Assembly (NCBI GenBank): GCA_001769655.1
Contig: MEPC01000042.1
Span: 164,277 to 228,276, forward strand
Direction: 5' to 3'
DNA length: 64,000 nucleotides
Source of the DNA: Bacteroidetes bacterium RIFCSPLOWO2_12_FULL_37_12
GTDB lineage: Bacteria; Bacteroidota; Bacteroidia; 2-12-FULL-37-12
Of this stretch, positions 39,302-48,597 are shown one piece after another. Made by a program: the position numbers and the translations under genes. The notes beneath the pieces were generated by a model. That model did no database searches, had not been told where the DNA came from, and worked only from the letters and a program-made list of their open reading frames with translations. How positions within the stretch are numbered: the stretch's first letter is position 1; each line of letters starts with the position of its first letter.

Positions 39302-40066
39302 ATGATGTTTGAATTCCTGAAAAAATTTTTAGGTGGTGGCGCTGAAGACATGGAGGATACAGAATTTTTTCCGGTGACTACAGACATGCACTCGCATTTG
39401 ATTCCCGGTATTGATGATGGAGCAAAAACAACAGAGGATAGCATCCGGCTTATTCAGGGACTTCAAACCTTGGGATATGCACGCTTAATTACTACCCCAC
39501 ACATAACCGGTGACCATTATAAAAATACTCCCGAAATAATTTTGACGGGTCTTAATGCACTCCAACAGGTGTTAGCAGAAAGAAAAATTGAAGTGTCATT
39601 GCATGCCGCCGCGGAGTATTTTTTAGACGAGTGGTTCTTGAAAAAACTCCAACAGGGAAAATTATTATCTTTCGGCAGTGAAAATTATGTGTTGGTAGAA
39701 ACCGGTTTTTTAAACAAACCGGCAAATTTCACGCAGATTATTTCTGAAATCAAATCAGCCGGATATAAGCCCATATTGGCACATCCGGAAAGATACTTAT
39801 ATTTGTATGATGATTTTAATCATTATTTCCGGTTGCGAGAGAGCGGAATATTATTTCAATTAAATTTATTATCGCTTACCGGTCATTATGGTCCTAAAGC
39901 AAAAAAAATTGCCGAAGAATTAATTGATGCCCGTCTTATTGACTTAGCCGGAACTGATTTACACTCAGAATCGCATTTGGATAAATTAATGATGCTTAAA
40001 AAATTACCCTATTACAGGAAGTTAATGCGTCTTCCTTTGCTAAATGATTCAATAGATATACAATAG
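39302..40066 (+). CDS. cpsB: CpsB/CapC PHP-family tyrosine phosphatase
   Basis: DMHSHLIPGIDDG, TTPH, LAHPERY, GTDLH. Confidence 0.93.
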   Translation: MMFEFLKKFLGGGAEDMEDTEFFPVTTDMHSHLIPGIDDGAKTTEDSIRLIQGLQTLGYARLITTPHITGDHYKNTPEIILTGLNALQQVLAERKIEVSLHAAAEYFLDEWFLKKLQQGKLLSFGSENYVLVETGFLNKPANFTQIISEIKSAGYKPILAHPERYLYLYDDFNHYFRLRESGILFQLNLLSLTGHYGPKAKKIAEELIDARLIDLAGTDLHSESHLDKLMMLKKLPYYRKLMRLPLLNDSIDIQ

Positions 40067-40176
40067 TAATACAATGGTAACTCAATAGTAATACGATAGT
40101 AATAAAATAGTAATACAATGGTAATTCAATGGTATTACAACCGTATTACAACTGTATTACTATTGAATTACCCTTG
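40050..40176. repeat. 11-bp array (caatagtaata-like) that switches orientation; a short 7-bp array follows at about 40178..40207
   Basis: About 7 forward units followed by units matching the reverse complement (tattactattg). Confidence 0.8.
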
Positions 40177-40219
40177 ATTGACCAATGACTAATGACCAAC
40201 GACCAATTTCCAACGCCCC

Positions 40220-40933
40220 ATGACCACACACATTCAACCCGGCTCCTGCAATTTTCCTGATACAGATTTTTCTTCTTATCTTACCGCTGAAGATATTCAG
40301 ATTCTCAACCGCCATAAAACCTGCTCTACTTATAAAAAAGGGCAAATCGTTTTTAATGAAGGAAACTCGCCATTTGGATTATATTTTCTTTCCCATGGCA
40401 GTATTAAATTATGGAGAGAAACAATTAAAGATAAAGAAGTAATTATACGCTTGATTAAATGCGGTGAAATATTTGGCTATCGTTCCCTTTTAAGCAATGA
40501 GCCCTATAAAGCGAGCGCCACTACCCTGGAAGATTCAATAGTTTGCTTTTATTATAAAGAGGATTTTGTAGAAGTAATGAACCGTAATTCAACGTTTACT
40601 AAGCAACTTCTTCACCTTGTTGCGAGTGATATGGGAGAAATGGAAGAAAGTATCGGAAGCATGGCACATAAATCCATACGCGAGCGCATCGCCGAAAAGT
40701 TAATTATGCTCAACAATGAATTCGGAATAAATCAAGAAGGGAAAATCATAATCAATGTTTTGTTATCACGAAAGGACATGGCAGATATAACCGGAACCAC
40801 TACGGAACAAATTTCCCTGTTTCTGTCAGAATTTAAAAAAGAAGGGGTTATTTTATTTACCGAAGATAAAAAAATTCAAATACTTAAATTAGAAAAGCTG
40901 ATTCAGATGAGTAAGTTTAATAATACAGATTGA
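40220..40933 (+). CDS. Crp/Fnr family transcriptional regulator
   Basis: YKKGQIVFNEG, GEIFGYRSL, HTH LSRKDMADITGTTTE. Confidence 0.93.
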   Translation: MTTHIQPGSCNFPDTDFSSYLTAEDIQILNRHKTCSTYKKGQIVFNEGNSPFGLYFLSHGSIKLWRETIKDKEVIIRLIKCGEIFGYRSLLSNEPYKASATTLEDSIVCFYYKEDFVEVMNRNSTFTKQLLHLVASDMGEMEESIGSMAHKSIRERIAEKLIMLNNEFGINQEGKIIINVLLSRKDMADITGTTTEQISLFLSEFKKEGVILFTEDKKIQILKLEKLIQMSKFNNTD

Positions 40934-40982
40934 TTTTTTTCTACTTTTTTTACAACTACCTGTGGATTATAACAAATTCAAC

Positions 40983-41091
40983 TGACATAAATCATGTTTT
41001 CTTTTATTAAAAAAAGAGCATTTTGTGATGAAAAAAGGTAGTCGTATATGATAACGGTTATAAACCTATCTCTTTTTCCCATCTAATTTTG
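40983..41091 (+). promoter_or_regulatory. Promoter of the porin-oxidoreductase operon: two Crp/Fnr-like boxes (TGAcataaaTCA 40983..40994; TGAtaacggTTA 41049..41060) and a -7 box TAATTTTG (41084..41091)
   Basis: TGA-N6-TCA-type cores upstream of a TAnnTTTG box, between a Crp/Fnr gene and the operon. Confidence 0.55.
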
Positions 41092-41132
41092 TCCGTGTAA
41101 ATAATATCATTTACTCAAAATAAAACTTAACG

Positions 41133-42362
41133 ATGAAAACCTTAAAAAATACTCTGAAAAAAGCGCTCTTTCTGGCAACGATAGCCGGATTGACAACTTT
41201 TTCTATTGCCTTTTCACAAGAAAAGCCAAAAGAAGAATTTAAACCATCCGGAAAAGTTTGGGGGCTAACCTTCGGTGATTTTTATTGGAAAATGGGTGGA
41301 GATACTCTTGCGGATAAGACACCATGGGGTGGTTCAGAATTTGGAAAAAAATATAAAGGACAATCCGGAATAACTTTCCGAAGGATTTATCTTGGCTATG
41401 ATTATCAACTCGCTCCAAATTTTAATGCAAAATTTCTTTTGGAAGGAGGAGACGGAGTTACTACCGGCGGCGGAGATAGAACGGTTTATATCAAAGCCGC
41501 TAACTTAGAATGGAAAAACATTATTAAGAGGCACTCATTATATATAGGTCAAGTGGGAACAACCAGTTTTTCAACCGCTGAGGGAACCTGGGGACTACGC
41601 GCTGTTGAAAAAGTAGTAGGCGATGCACGCGGATGGCTCCCTTCTAACGATTTAGGGTTCAGATGGTCCGGACAGTTGGACTCATCCGGAAACTTTGGTT
41701 ATCATTTATTATATGGTACAGGAAAAGGTTCCAAACCCGAAGACAACAACTTCAGGAAATATTTTATGGGCGTAGATGCAAAATTGATGGACAAAAAAAT
41801 AATTTTCGCTTTCAATTATGATTTTGAAACACAAGCCGCTTACGACAAAGATTATTTGCCATCAAAAACAGATTCATTACCGCAAAGCAAATCTACCATA
41901 GAAGCTTTCCTTGGTCTTCAATTAGAAAATTTTACAGTAGGATTTGAATTAGTTAATCAAACCCAAGTCAATAATAAAAGTCAAAAAGATACTGTAGTAA
42001 CAAAAGATACCTTATTAGATGTGAAACCGTTTGGCATATCCTTTTTTGTAAAGGCAAGTGTAATTAAAGACAAACTACTACTATTTGGCAGATACGATAT
42101 GGTAAATCAGGATACTGAATACAAAAGTGACAGAAAATACAAAGCACTTGCTTATAAACCCTATAACGAAACGTTTATGACCTTCGGTTTGGATTGGACA
42201 CCAAACAAGAATGTTCATATTATTCCCAATATCTGGATAAACAGTTATACAGATAACAGAAAGAAACCCGATGGATACGACAAAACGAAGGACTTTGGTA
42301 AATATTGGGAAAGAAGTGCTGATTTTGTTCCAAGATTGACTTTCTTTTATGTATTTAAATAA
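41133..42362 (+). CDS. Outer-membrane porin-like beta-barrel, possibly anion-selective
   Basis: Signal peptide, FRRIYLGYDY motif, amphipathic beta strands, C-terminal aromatic strand RLTFFYVFK. Confidence 0.7.
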   Translation: MKTLKNTLKKALFLATIAGLTTFSIAFSQEKPKEEFKPSGKVWGLTFGDFYWKMGGDTLADKTPWGGSEFGKKYKGQSGITFRRIYLGYDYQLAPNFNAKFLLEGGDGVTTGGGDRTVYIKAANLEWKNIIKRHSLYIGQVGTTSFSTAEGTWGLRAVEKVVGDARGWLPSNDLGFRWSGQLDSSGNFGYHLLYGTGKGSKPEDNNFRKYFMGVDAKLMDKKIIFAFNYDFETQAAYDKDYLPSKTDSLPQSKSTIEAFLGLQLENFTVGFELVNQTQVNNKSQKDTVVTKDTLLDVKPFGISFFVKASVIKDKLLLFGRYDMVNQDTEYKSDRKYKALAYKPYNETFMTFGLDWTPNKNVHIIPNIWINSYTDNRKKPDGYDKTKDFGKYWERSADFVPRLTFFYVFK

Positions 42363-42393
42363 TTGAAAATTGAGCATTTAACTACAATTAAAT

Positions 42394-43623
42394 ATGAAAT
42401 CATCAGAAACCACAACACCAAAAAAATTAGCGGCACAAACGCTAATAGAAGCTGGAAATCAACTTATGTTTTCCAATCACTTCACCGGTGCAATCAAAGA
42501 ATACAACAGAGCGATTGAAACAGACAACGCCAATGCCACAGCATATTATCAGCGTGGATGGGCAAAGTTACAAAATGGTGACAGGGAAGGAGGCATCTGT
42601 GATTGGAACACAGCTATTAAATTAAATCCGGATTATGCAGATGCTTACGCTGACAGAGCGGCTACCCGTGTAGCCGTCAATGATTTATCCGCGGCATTGT
42701 CTGATTATAAAACTGCATTGCAAATAGATCCTGCAAAAAAAAATACTCTTCTGCCAATCATCACTAAAATAGAGAATGAACTTAAAACAACTTCGAAAGA
42801 AAAAGAACCTGTGGATACATACCTTGAAAAAGAAACCGGGATGAATTCAGTGAGTCGTAGTGAATTTTTGAAAACGATTGGTGGAATGGCGCTTGTCACT
42901 TCTGCACTATCAATGTCCGGATGCAATAAGATAGAAGGATTTAACGGAAAAAAAGGAGCCGGCTGGGGATTCATTATTGATTTACAACGATGCGTTGCGT
43001 GCAAGGCATGCGTGATTGCCTGCAAAAATGAGAACAAAACACCTCCAGGCGTTGCATATAATATGTTTATTGAAGAAGAACATGGAGAATTTCCAAATAC
43101 ATTCTCCAATTATTTCACTCGTCCATGCATGCATTGTGAAAAAAGTTCCTGCTCAATGGTTTGCCCTGTTTCTGCTACCTATCATCGGGAAGATGGTATT
43201 GTAGTAGTGGATTACAATAAGTGTATCGGGTGCCGTTATTGCATTGCTTCATGTCCCTACGGTGCGCGTTCGTTTGATTACGGACATAATTATATTGCCG
43301 ATCCCAATAATCCTTACAATCTCATTCCATCAGGCGAATACAACGGTAAATTTGGTTTGAGAAAAGATGGAGGTTCTCCTATAGGAAATGTAAGAAAATG
43401 TATGTTGTGCCTGCACTTACAAGACGAAAAAGGAGAATACACGGAGCCACCCGCTTGCTCCAGAACCTGTATGGGCAAAGCCATTCATTTCGGCGATTTG
43501 AAAGATCCAAACGGAAAATGCCTCGTTCACGGTGAAAATTTACATGAGTTGATTGCAAGAAGAAATCATCATCGTTTAAAAGAAGAATTGGGTAACGAGC
43601 CAAATGTTTATTATTTGACATAA
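42394..43623 (+). CDS. 4Fe-4S electron-transfer subunit (NrfC/TtrB/SrdB type) with fused N-terminal TPRs and an internal Tat-like signal
   Basis: About 3 TPRs, then SRSEFLK plus an h-region, then CVACKACVIAC, CMHCEKSSCSMVCP, CIGCRYCIASCP, KCMLC...PACSRTC. Confidence 0.92.
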   Translation: MKSSETTTPKKLAAQTLIEAGNQLMFSNHFTGAIKEYNRAIETDNANATAYYQRGWAKLQNGDREGGICDWNTAIKLNPDYADAYADRAATRVAVNDLSAALSDYKTALQIDPAKKNTLLPIITKIENELKTTSKEKEPVDTYLEKETGMNSVSRSEFLKTIGGMALVTSALSMSGCNKIEGFNGKKGAGWGFIIDLQRCVACKACVIACKNENKTPPGVAYNMFIEEEHGEFPNTFSNYFTRPCMHCEKSSCSMVCPVSATYHREDGIVVVDYNKCIGCRYCIASCPYGARSFDYGHNYIADPNNPYNLIPSGEYNGKFGLRKDGGSPIGNVRKCMLCLHLQDEKGEYTEPPACSRTCMGKAIHFGDLKDPNGKCLVHGENLHELIARRNHHRLKEELGNEPNVYYLT

Positions 43624-43631
43624 TATAATTG

Positions 43632-43660
43632 GTATAGACGGGTTTAAAACCCGTCTATAC
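43632..43660. repeat. Perfect palindrome GTATAGACGGGTTT-A-AAACCCGTCTATAC (REP-like)
   Basis: 14-bp arms, between the FeS subunit and NrfD genes. Confidence 0.85.
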
Positions 43661-43694
43661 TATCATTAATCATTTGTTATAAAATCTAATCAAT

Positions 43695-44915
43695 ATGAAT
43701 GCAACATCAATACAAGACACCTCTGCAAACAAAGGTTTGCGGAACTTTGGATATGCAATCCTGACAATAATAACCCTTATCGGTTTATATGCCATTTTTG
43801 TAAGGTTTAAGGAAGGGCTTATGGTGACTAATATGACGCAAAATGTTCCCTGGGGGTTCTGGGTGGCATTCTATATTTATTTTATCGGTTTATCCGCCGG
43901 TTCATTTCTGCTTTCCACTTTAATTTATGTTTTCAAAATGGAACAATATGAAAAAGCCGGAAAATTGGCACTCATTCAGGCATTGTTATGTATGTTGATG
44001 GCAGTTTGGCTCATATTCATAGACCTTGGGCATCCGAGCAGGGCTTACAGAGTGCTTACCAACTGGCACAGTACTTCTGTTCTTGCTTGGGAAGCGATGT
44101 TTTATGGTCTGTATATAGTCGTAATTATTGCAGAACTCTATTATGTAATGCGGGCTGATTTTCACTTTATGAAAACCGGTTCACCATTATCCACTGATTT
44201 AGTAGCAGAAGGAAAAAAATGGTTGATGATTCTTGGAATCATCGGAATTCCTGTAGCTATTGGAGTACACGGAGGAACTGGAGCATTATTTGCAGTCGCA
44301 AAAGCAAGACCGGGCTGGTTTAGTGGTTTATTCCCCATTATCTTCTTAGTATCTGCTTTAGCTTCGGGTGGTGGCTTACTGGCTTTCATTACCTCTCTCA
44401 CTTCAAAATTGCCTCAACCGGAAAAATTAAAATTAGTAAAATCTCTTATGTCGCTGACTGTCGGTGTAATCGCATTTGACATGTTGCTATTTACTTCAGA
44501 AATTTTCATTACTTTCTATGGAGGAATTTCACATGAAGTTAAATCTTGGACGTTGACTATTTTTGGTCCAAACTGGCCGGTTTTCTGGTTTGTTCAGGTA
44601 GGTCTTGGTATGTTAGCACCCATCCTGATTGTCGCCAATAAAAATACTTCCTCCTCTATCAAATGGCTTGGGTTTGCAGGACTTTGCGTGGTGGTCGGTA
44701 TCATAGGAACCCGTCTTAACATTGTGATTCCGCCACAGATTACACCAACGTTTGATACATTGCCGGAAGCAAATCATCATTTCCGTTTTTCTTACGGATA
44801 TTTTCCAAGTATCAATGAATGGTTGGTAGCAATAGGAAGCATTTCATTAATAATCTGGGCATTCATTTATTCACTAAAAAAATTTCCCGTAAATACGCTA
44901 CACAACACAAAATAA
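43695..44915 (+). CDS. NrfD/PsrC-family membrane anchor (quinol-interacting; SrdC-like)
   Basis: PWGFWVAFYIYFIGLSAG, DLGHP, VHGGTG, P..FLVSA..SG; about 10 TM helices. Confidence 0.93.
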   Translation: MNATSIQDTSANKGLRNFGYAILTIITLIGLYAIFVRFKEGLMVTNMTQNVPWGFWVAFYIYFIGLSAGSFLLSTLIYVFKMEQYEKAGKLALIQALLCMLMAVWLIFIDLGHPSRAYRVLTNWHSTSVLAWEAMFYGLYIVVIIAELYYVMRADFHFMKTGSPLSTDLVAEGKKWLMILGIIGIPVAIGVHGGTGALFAVAKARPGWFSGLFPIIFLVSALASGGGLLAFITSLTSKLPQPEKLKLVKSLMSLTVGVIAFDMLLFTSEIFITFYGGISHEVKSWTLTIFGPNWPVFWFVQVGLGMLAPILIVANKNTSSSIKWLGFAGLCVVVGIIGTRLNIVIPPQITPTFDTLPEANHHFRFSYGYFPSINEWLVAIGSISLIIWAFIYSLKKFPVNTLHNTK

Positions 44916-44946
44916 ATTGCAACCAGAAAAAATTAATAAAAAAATT

Positions 44947-47496
44947 ATGAATACACCAACAACAGAATCGCGCAAAAGTTTCCTGGCAAAATCCGTTCTT
45001 GGCGCTGGCGGTTTGCTTGCCGGAATGACGTGGCTTTCAAAAGTCCACGGAGCCGAAGATTTTAATGCCGAAGTGGATAAACGTTTTAGCTTTAACTCAG
45101 GCGAATGGATTCCTTCGTGTTGTAATATGTGTGGTGGACAAACCGGCATATTATGTCAGGTTGTAGATGGTAAATTAATCCGCATTAAACCTAATTCACA
45201 TAATCCAATCGGCTTCAGTAACATCTCTGATGACTTTTTCAATAACTGCCCCGCAGAAGGCGCATCCATGTGTCCTAAAGGAAATGCAGGAATAATGACA
45301 CTTTATGACCCAGACCGTTTAGCTAAACCGGTAAAAAGAACCAACCCGAAAAAAGGACTCAACGAAGACCCCGGCTGGCAGGAAATTTCATGGGACGAAG
45401 CATATAAAACCATTGTTGCAAAAATGAAACAACTGAAGGATGCAGGGACGCCGGAAGCATTACTTTGGTTTTCAGAAGATCATAGTTTCACTCATATTCA
45501 AAAGGATTTTTGCGATTTATACGGAAGCCCTAATTACAGCAATCACTCCAACTTGTGCGATACAGCGCGAAAAGCATCTTTCAAAGCAGTAATGGGTGAT
45601 GAAAGACCGTTGATGGATTCTATTCAATCAAAATATATTTTACTTTTCGGATGGAATCCTTTGGGGGCAACCAAATGGTCGTGTTTGCCGAGAATCATTA
45701 CTCGTGCATTAGAAAATGGAGCGAAGTTAGTAGTGGTTGACCCGTATCTTTCTTATACTGCACGTAAAGCGAACGAATGGATTCCCATTCGTCCTTCCAC
45801 CGATGGGGCAATGGCTCTTGCCATGTGTCATGTCATTATCAGAGATAAACTTTATGATGAAAAATTCATTAACGAATGGACTTATGGCTTTGAGCAATTT
45901 TCAGAACATGTGAAAGATAAGACACCCGAATGGGCTGAAAAAATTACGACAGTGCCTGCGGCAACCATTGAAAGAATTGCTAAAGAATTTGCTAACGCTA
46001 AGCCCGCCGTTGTAGATGTGTGGTCTGGTCCAGGGCAACATTCCAATGCTGTGAATGGAGGCGCCGCTATTGCGGCTCTTGCCGCACTCACCGGTGGTAT
46101 TGATCGTAAAGGAACTTTGGTTTCTCCCAATAAAAAAGGGAATAGCCATCAGCATCTACATGTGGAAAAACCAAAAGCTCCAAGATATGCCGGTGACAAT
46201 AAAAAATATCCTATGTTTCATGGTTCAGGTTGTTATACCGAAATTTTTCAACAGCTTGCAGATAAGAAAGGTAATTATCCGGCTAAAATGGCTATGATAG
46301 TTTTTCAAAATCCTGTTATGGCGGTACCGGGAACTGAAACCGTTATCAAAGCGTTGAGTAATCTTGAATTTGTAGTAGTGAATGATATTTTTCTCTCTGA
46401 AACAGCATTGATGGCAGACATTGTGGTGCCTGGGGCAACGTATCTTGAGCGATATGACTGGACAGGCAATTGGGTAACCTGGCCCTCACTTAGTTTACGA
46501 CAGCCCGTTGTAAAACCGATTTTTGGTCAACCCACTGAGGCAGAATTTGTTGTTGAAATAGGAAGACGTCTTGGTTTGACTGACTCAGAGGGTCATGAAT
46601 TTTTCTGGAATAATCCAATCACCGGGGAACGTGAGGAAAATCTTACAAAATGGTATGAAGCATTTTTCTCTAAAGAAATAATTAACGGCGCTCCTAAAAT
46701 AACGTTGGAAGAATTTAAAAAATTACCGGGAGCGGTATGGACTACCGGAAAAACTGAATATGAAAAATACAAAAAAGAGATTGCTGAAGATGTGTTGAAA
46801 ACAACCGTAGTTGAAAAAGTAAAAATTAAAATGCTTAAAAACGGTGAAGAAAAAGAAGTGGAGATAGAACATATCTACGACAAACCAAAAGCCGATGGAG
46901 GAAAACGATTGGGAACATATTTTATGGTAGAAGATGAAAACAAGAACAATGATCCGAAGTTCAAACCAAAAGTAACAAAGAAAGCGGTAAAAGGGTTTAT
47001 GACTCCTACCGGAAAAGTGGAGTTAGTACTAAACTATCTGAAAGGAAAAACCGATGCAAATGGTAATCCCTGCAGTGAATTTCCCGATTACAAACAGCGT
47101 GACTGGTACCCGAACAATGAATTTCCTTTCTTTTTAATCAACTGGAAAGAGGCAACGCACACGCATACACGAACACAAAACAATCGCTGGTTACTGGAGT
47201 TGAAACCCGAGAATCCTTTACAAGTAAATACTAAAACCGGTGAAAAGCTGGGTTTATCAACCGGCGATATTGTTTGGGTAGAATCAAAATATGGAAAAAT
47301 GAAAGCGAAAGTTCAACTCACAGAAGCCATACATCCGGAAGTGGTCGGCTCGCAACATGGGTTTGGTCACTGGGCGATGGGGAAAGAAGCAAAGGGTAGA
47401 GGTTCTACAGATTCTAACTTACGCCCGTGTAAGTCAGATCCCATAGGAGGACAATCGTTACATAAGGAGTGTTGTGTGAAAATTTATAAAGTGTAA
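44947..47496 (+). CDS. Mo-bisPGD oxidoreductase catalytic subunit (DMSO reductase superfamily; Psr/Arr/Ttr-related lineage)
   Basis: Tat-like SRKSFL, CCNMCGGQT...CPKG, YDPDRL, HSNLC, VVVDP, SETALMADIVVPGATYLER, and a C-terminal molydop-binding domain (HGFGH). Confidence 0.93.
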   Translation: MNTPTTESRKSFLAKSVLGAGGLLAGMTWLSKVHGAEDFNAEVDKRFSFNSGEWIPSCCNMCGGQTGILCQVVDGKLIRIKPNSHNPIGFSNISDDFFNNCPAEGASMCPKGNAGIMTLYDPDRLAKPVKRTNPKKGLNEDPGWQEISWDEAYKTIVAKMKQLKDAGTPEALLWFSEDHSFTHIQKDFCDLYGSPNYSNHSNLCDTARKASFKAVMGDERPLMDSIQSKYILLFGWNPLGATKWSCLPRIITRALENGAKLVVVDPYLSYTARKANEWIPIRPSTDGAMALAMCHVIIRDKLYDEKFINEWTYGFEQFSEHVKDKTPEWAEKITTVPAATIERIAKEFANAKPAVVDVWSGPGQHSNAVNGGAAIAALAALTGGIDRKGTLVSPNKKGNSHQHLHVEKPKAPRYAGDNKKYPMFHGSGCYTEIFQQLADKKGNYPAKMAMIVFQNPVMAVPGTETVIKALSNLEFVVVNDIFLSETALMADIVVPGATYLERYDWTGNWVTWPSLSLRQPVVKPIFGQPTEAEFVVEIGRRLGLTDSEGHEFFWNNPITGEREENLTKWYEAFFSKEIINGAPKITLEEFKKLPGAVWTTGKTEYEKYKKEIAEDVLKTTVVEKVKIKMLKNGEEKEVEIEHIYDKPKADGGKRLGTYFMVEDENKNNDPKFKPKVTKKAVKGFMTPTGKVELVLNYLKGKTDANGNPCSEFPDYKQRDWYPNNEFPFFLINWKEATHTHTRTQNNRWLLELKPENPLQVNTKTGEKLGLSTGDIVWVESKYGKMKAKVQLTEAIHPEVVGSQHGFGHWAMGKEAKGRGSTDSNLRPCKSDPIGGQSLHKECCVKIYKV

Positions 47497-47556
47497 CTTA
47501 AATAAACATTAAAATTATGGTACTGGTTACTAGTAGCTGACGAAAATTACCTTGAA

Positions 47557-48318
47557 ATGAATAGTGAGTACCCATCTTGTATTTCCTGCCCTAATAGCAA
47601 TTGCTTTATCAATAAGTATTGTTCTCAACATTGGAGAACGTTGATTGATAAAAAAAAAGAAGTCGGACGATATCAGCGTAAGCAGGTCATCTTTCATGAA
47701 GATAATATCGTCCGGGGGGCATACTTTATTTTTACAGGTAAAGTAAAAATATACAATACCGGTAAAGGAGGAAAAGAGCAAATTGTTCGTCTGGTATCTT
47801 CCGGTGAATTGTTCGGGTTACGTTCAGATACTGAAACAAACTATCTCGTCAGTAGCATTGCCTTGGATGACTGTGTACTTTGTTTCATAGAAAAGTCACT
47901 TCTGGACAATATGCTTAAAGAAAATAACGACTTTGCAGTACAGTTGTTAAATTTTTATATCCGTGAAATGTCATTTTTAGAATTACGCCTGAAACATCTT
48001 GTTCAATTAAGTTCTGCTGAGAAAGTAGCCGAGGCGTTATTAATGATGAAAAAGAAATACGGGGTTCTGTCGCCTAAAGGAATTTTGCTTGATGTGAGGA
48101 TTTCAAGGCAGGATATTGCTGATATAGCCGGGACAACGGGTACAGAGGCAATTCGTGTGCTGGCAAAATTCAGACAAGAGAAAATCATTGAAGATAAAGG
48201 AGATAAAATTGTTCTACTTAAACATGAAAAATTACTGGAGCTTCTGCTGATGCATTGTTGTGAAAAAGACAATCAATATGTCAATCTATCAAAATGCTAT
48301 ACGCATGTGTTGGGGTGA
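47557..48318 (+). CDS. Crp/Fnr family regulator with Cys-rich termini
   Basis: N-terminal CISCPNSNC....C, HTH ISRQDIADIAGTT, C-terminal HCC...C. Confidence 0.9.
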   Translation: MNSEYPSCISCPNSNCFINKYCSQHWRTLIDKKKEVGRYQRKQVIFHEDNIVRGAYFIFTGKVKIYNTGKGGKEQIVRLVSSGELFGLRSDTETNYLVSSIALDDCVLCFIEKSLLDNMLKENNDFAVQLLNFYIREMSFLELRLKHLVQLSSAEKVAEALLMMKKKYGVLSPKGILLDVRISRQDIADIAGTTGTEAIRVLAKFRQEKIIEDKGDKIVLLKHEKLLELLLMHCCEKDNQYVNLSKCYTHVLG

Positions 48319-48339
48319 GAATTTATAAGGGGTAGATAG

Positions 48340-48597
48340 CTAATAATGATATTTACAGGAAATAACAATTATAGCATCATCGGTTACCCTGTAAACCAAA
48401 CGATGTACTTTGTCAATTCTCCGTGACCAGCATCCTTTATATTGATATTTAAGTGGCTCGGGTTTACCGGTACCATGAAATGGATCAATTATAATTTCAT
48501 CCATCAACTTGGAGATTTTCTCAAATATTTTTTTATCTTCTTTAGCCCACTCCCGATATTGGTCGTGTGCCGGATGATCCAAAATAATGCGCTTCAT
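48340..48597 (-). CDS. yoeB: Txe/YoeB family type II toxin
   Basis: PF.GTGKPEPLK...WSRRI...HRLVY...CKYHY. Confidence 0.95.
   Translation of the reverse strand: MKRIILDHPAHDQYREWAKEDKKIFEKISKLMDEIIIDPFHGTGKPEPLKYQYKGCWSRRIDKVHRLVYRVTDDAIIVISCKYHY

Noticed and set aside
44947-47496. Direct call as arrA, arxA, psrA, ttrA or srdA, or as a selenoprotein
   Set aside because: The diagnostic motifs and length do not match those enzymes as recalled, and there is no in-frame TGA. A phylogeny is needed, so no gene symbol was assigned.
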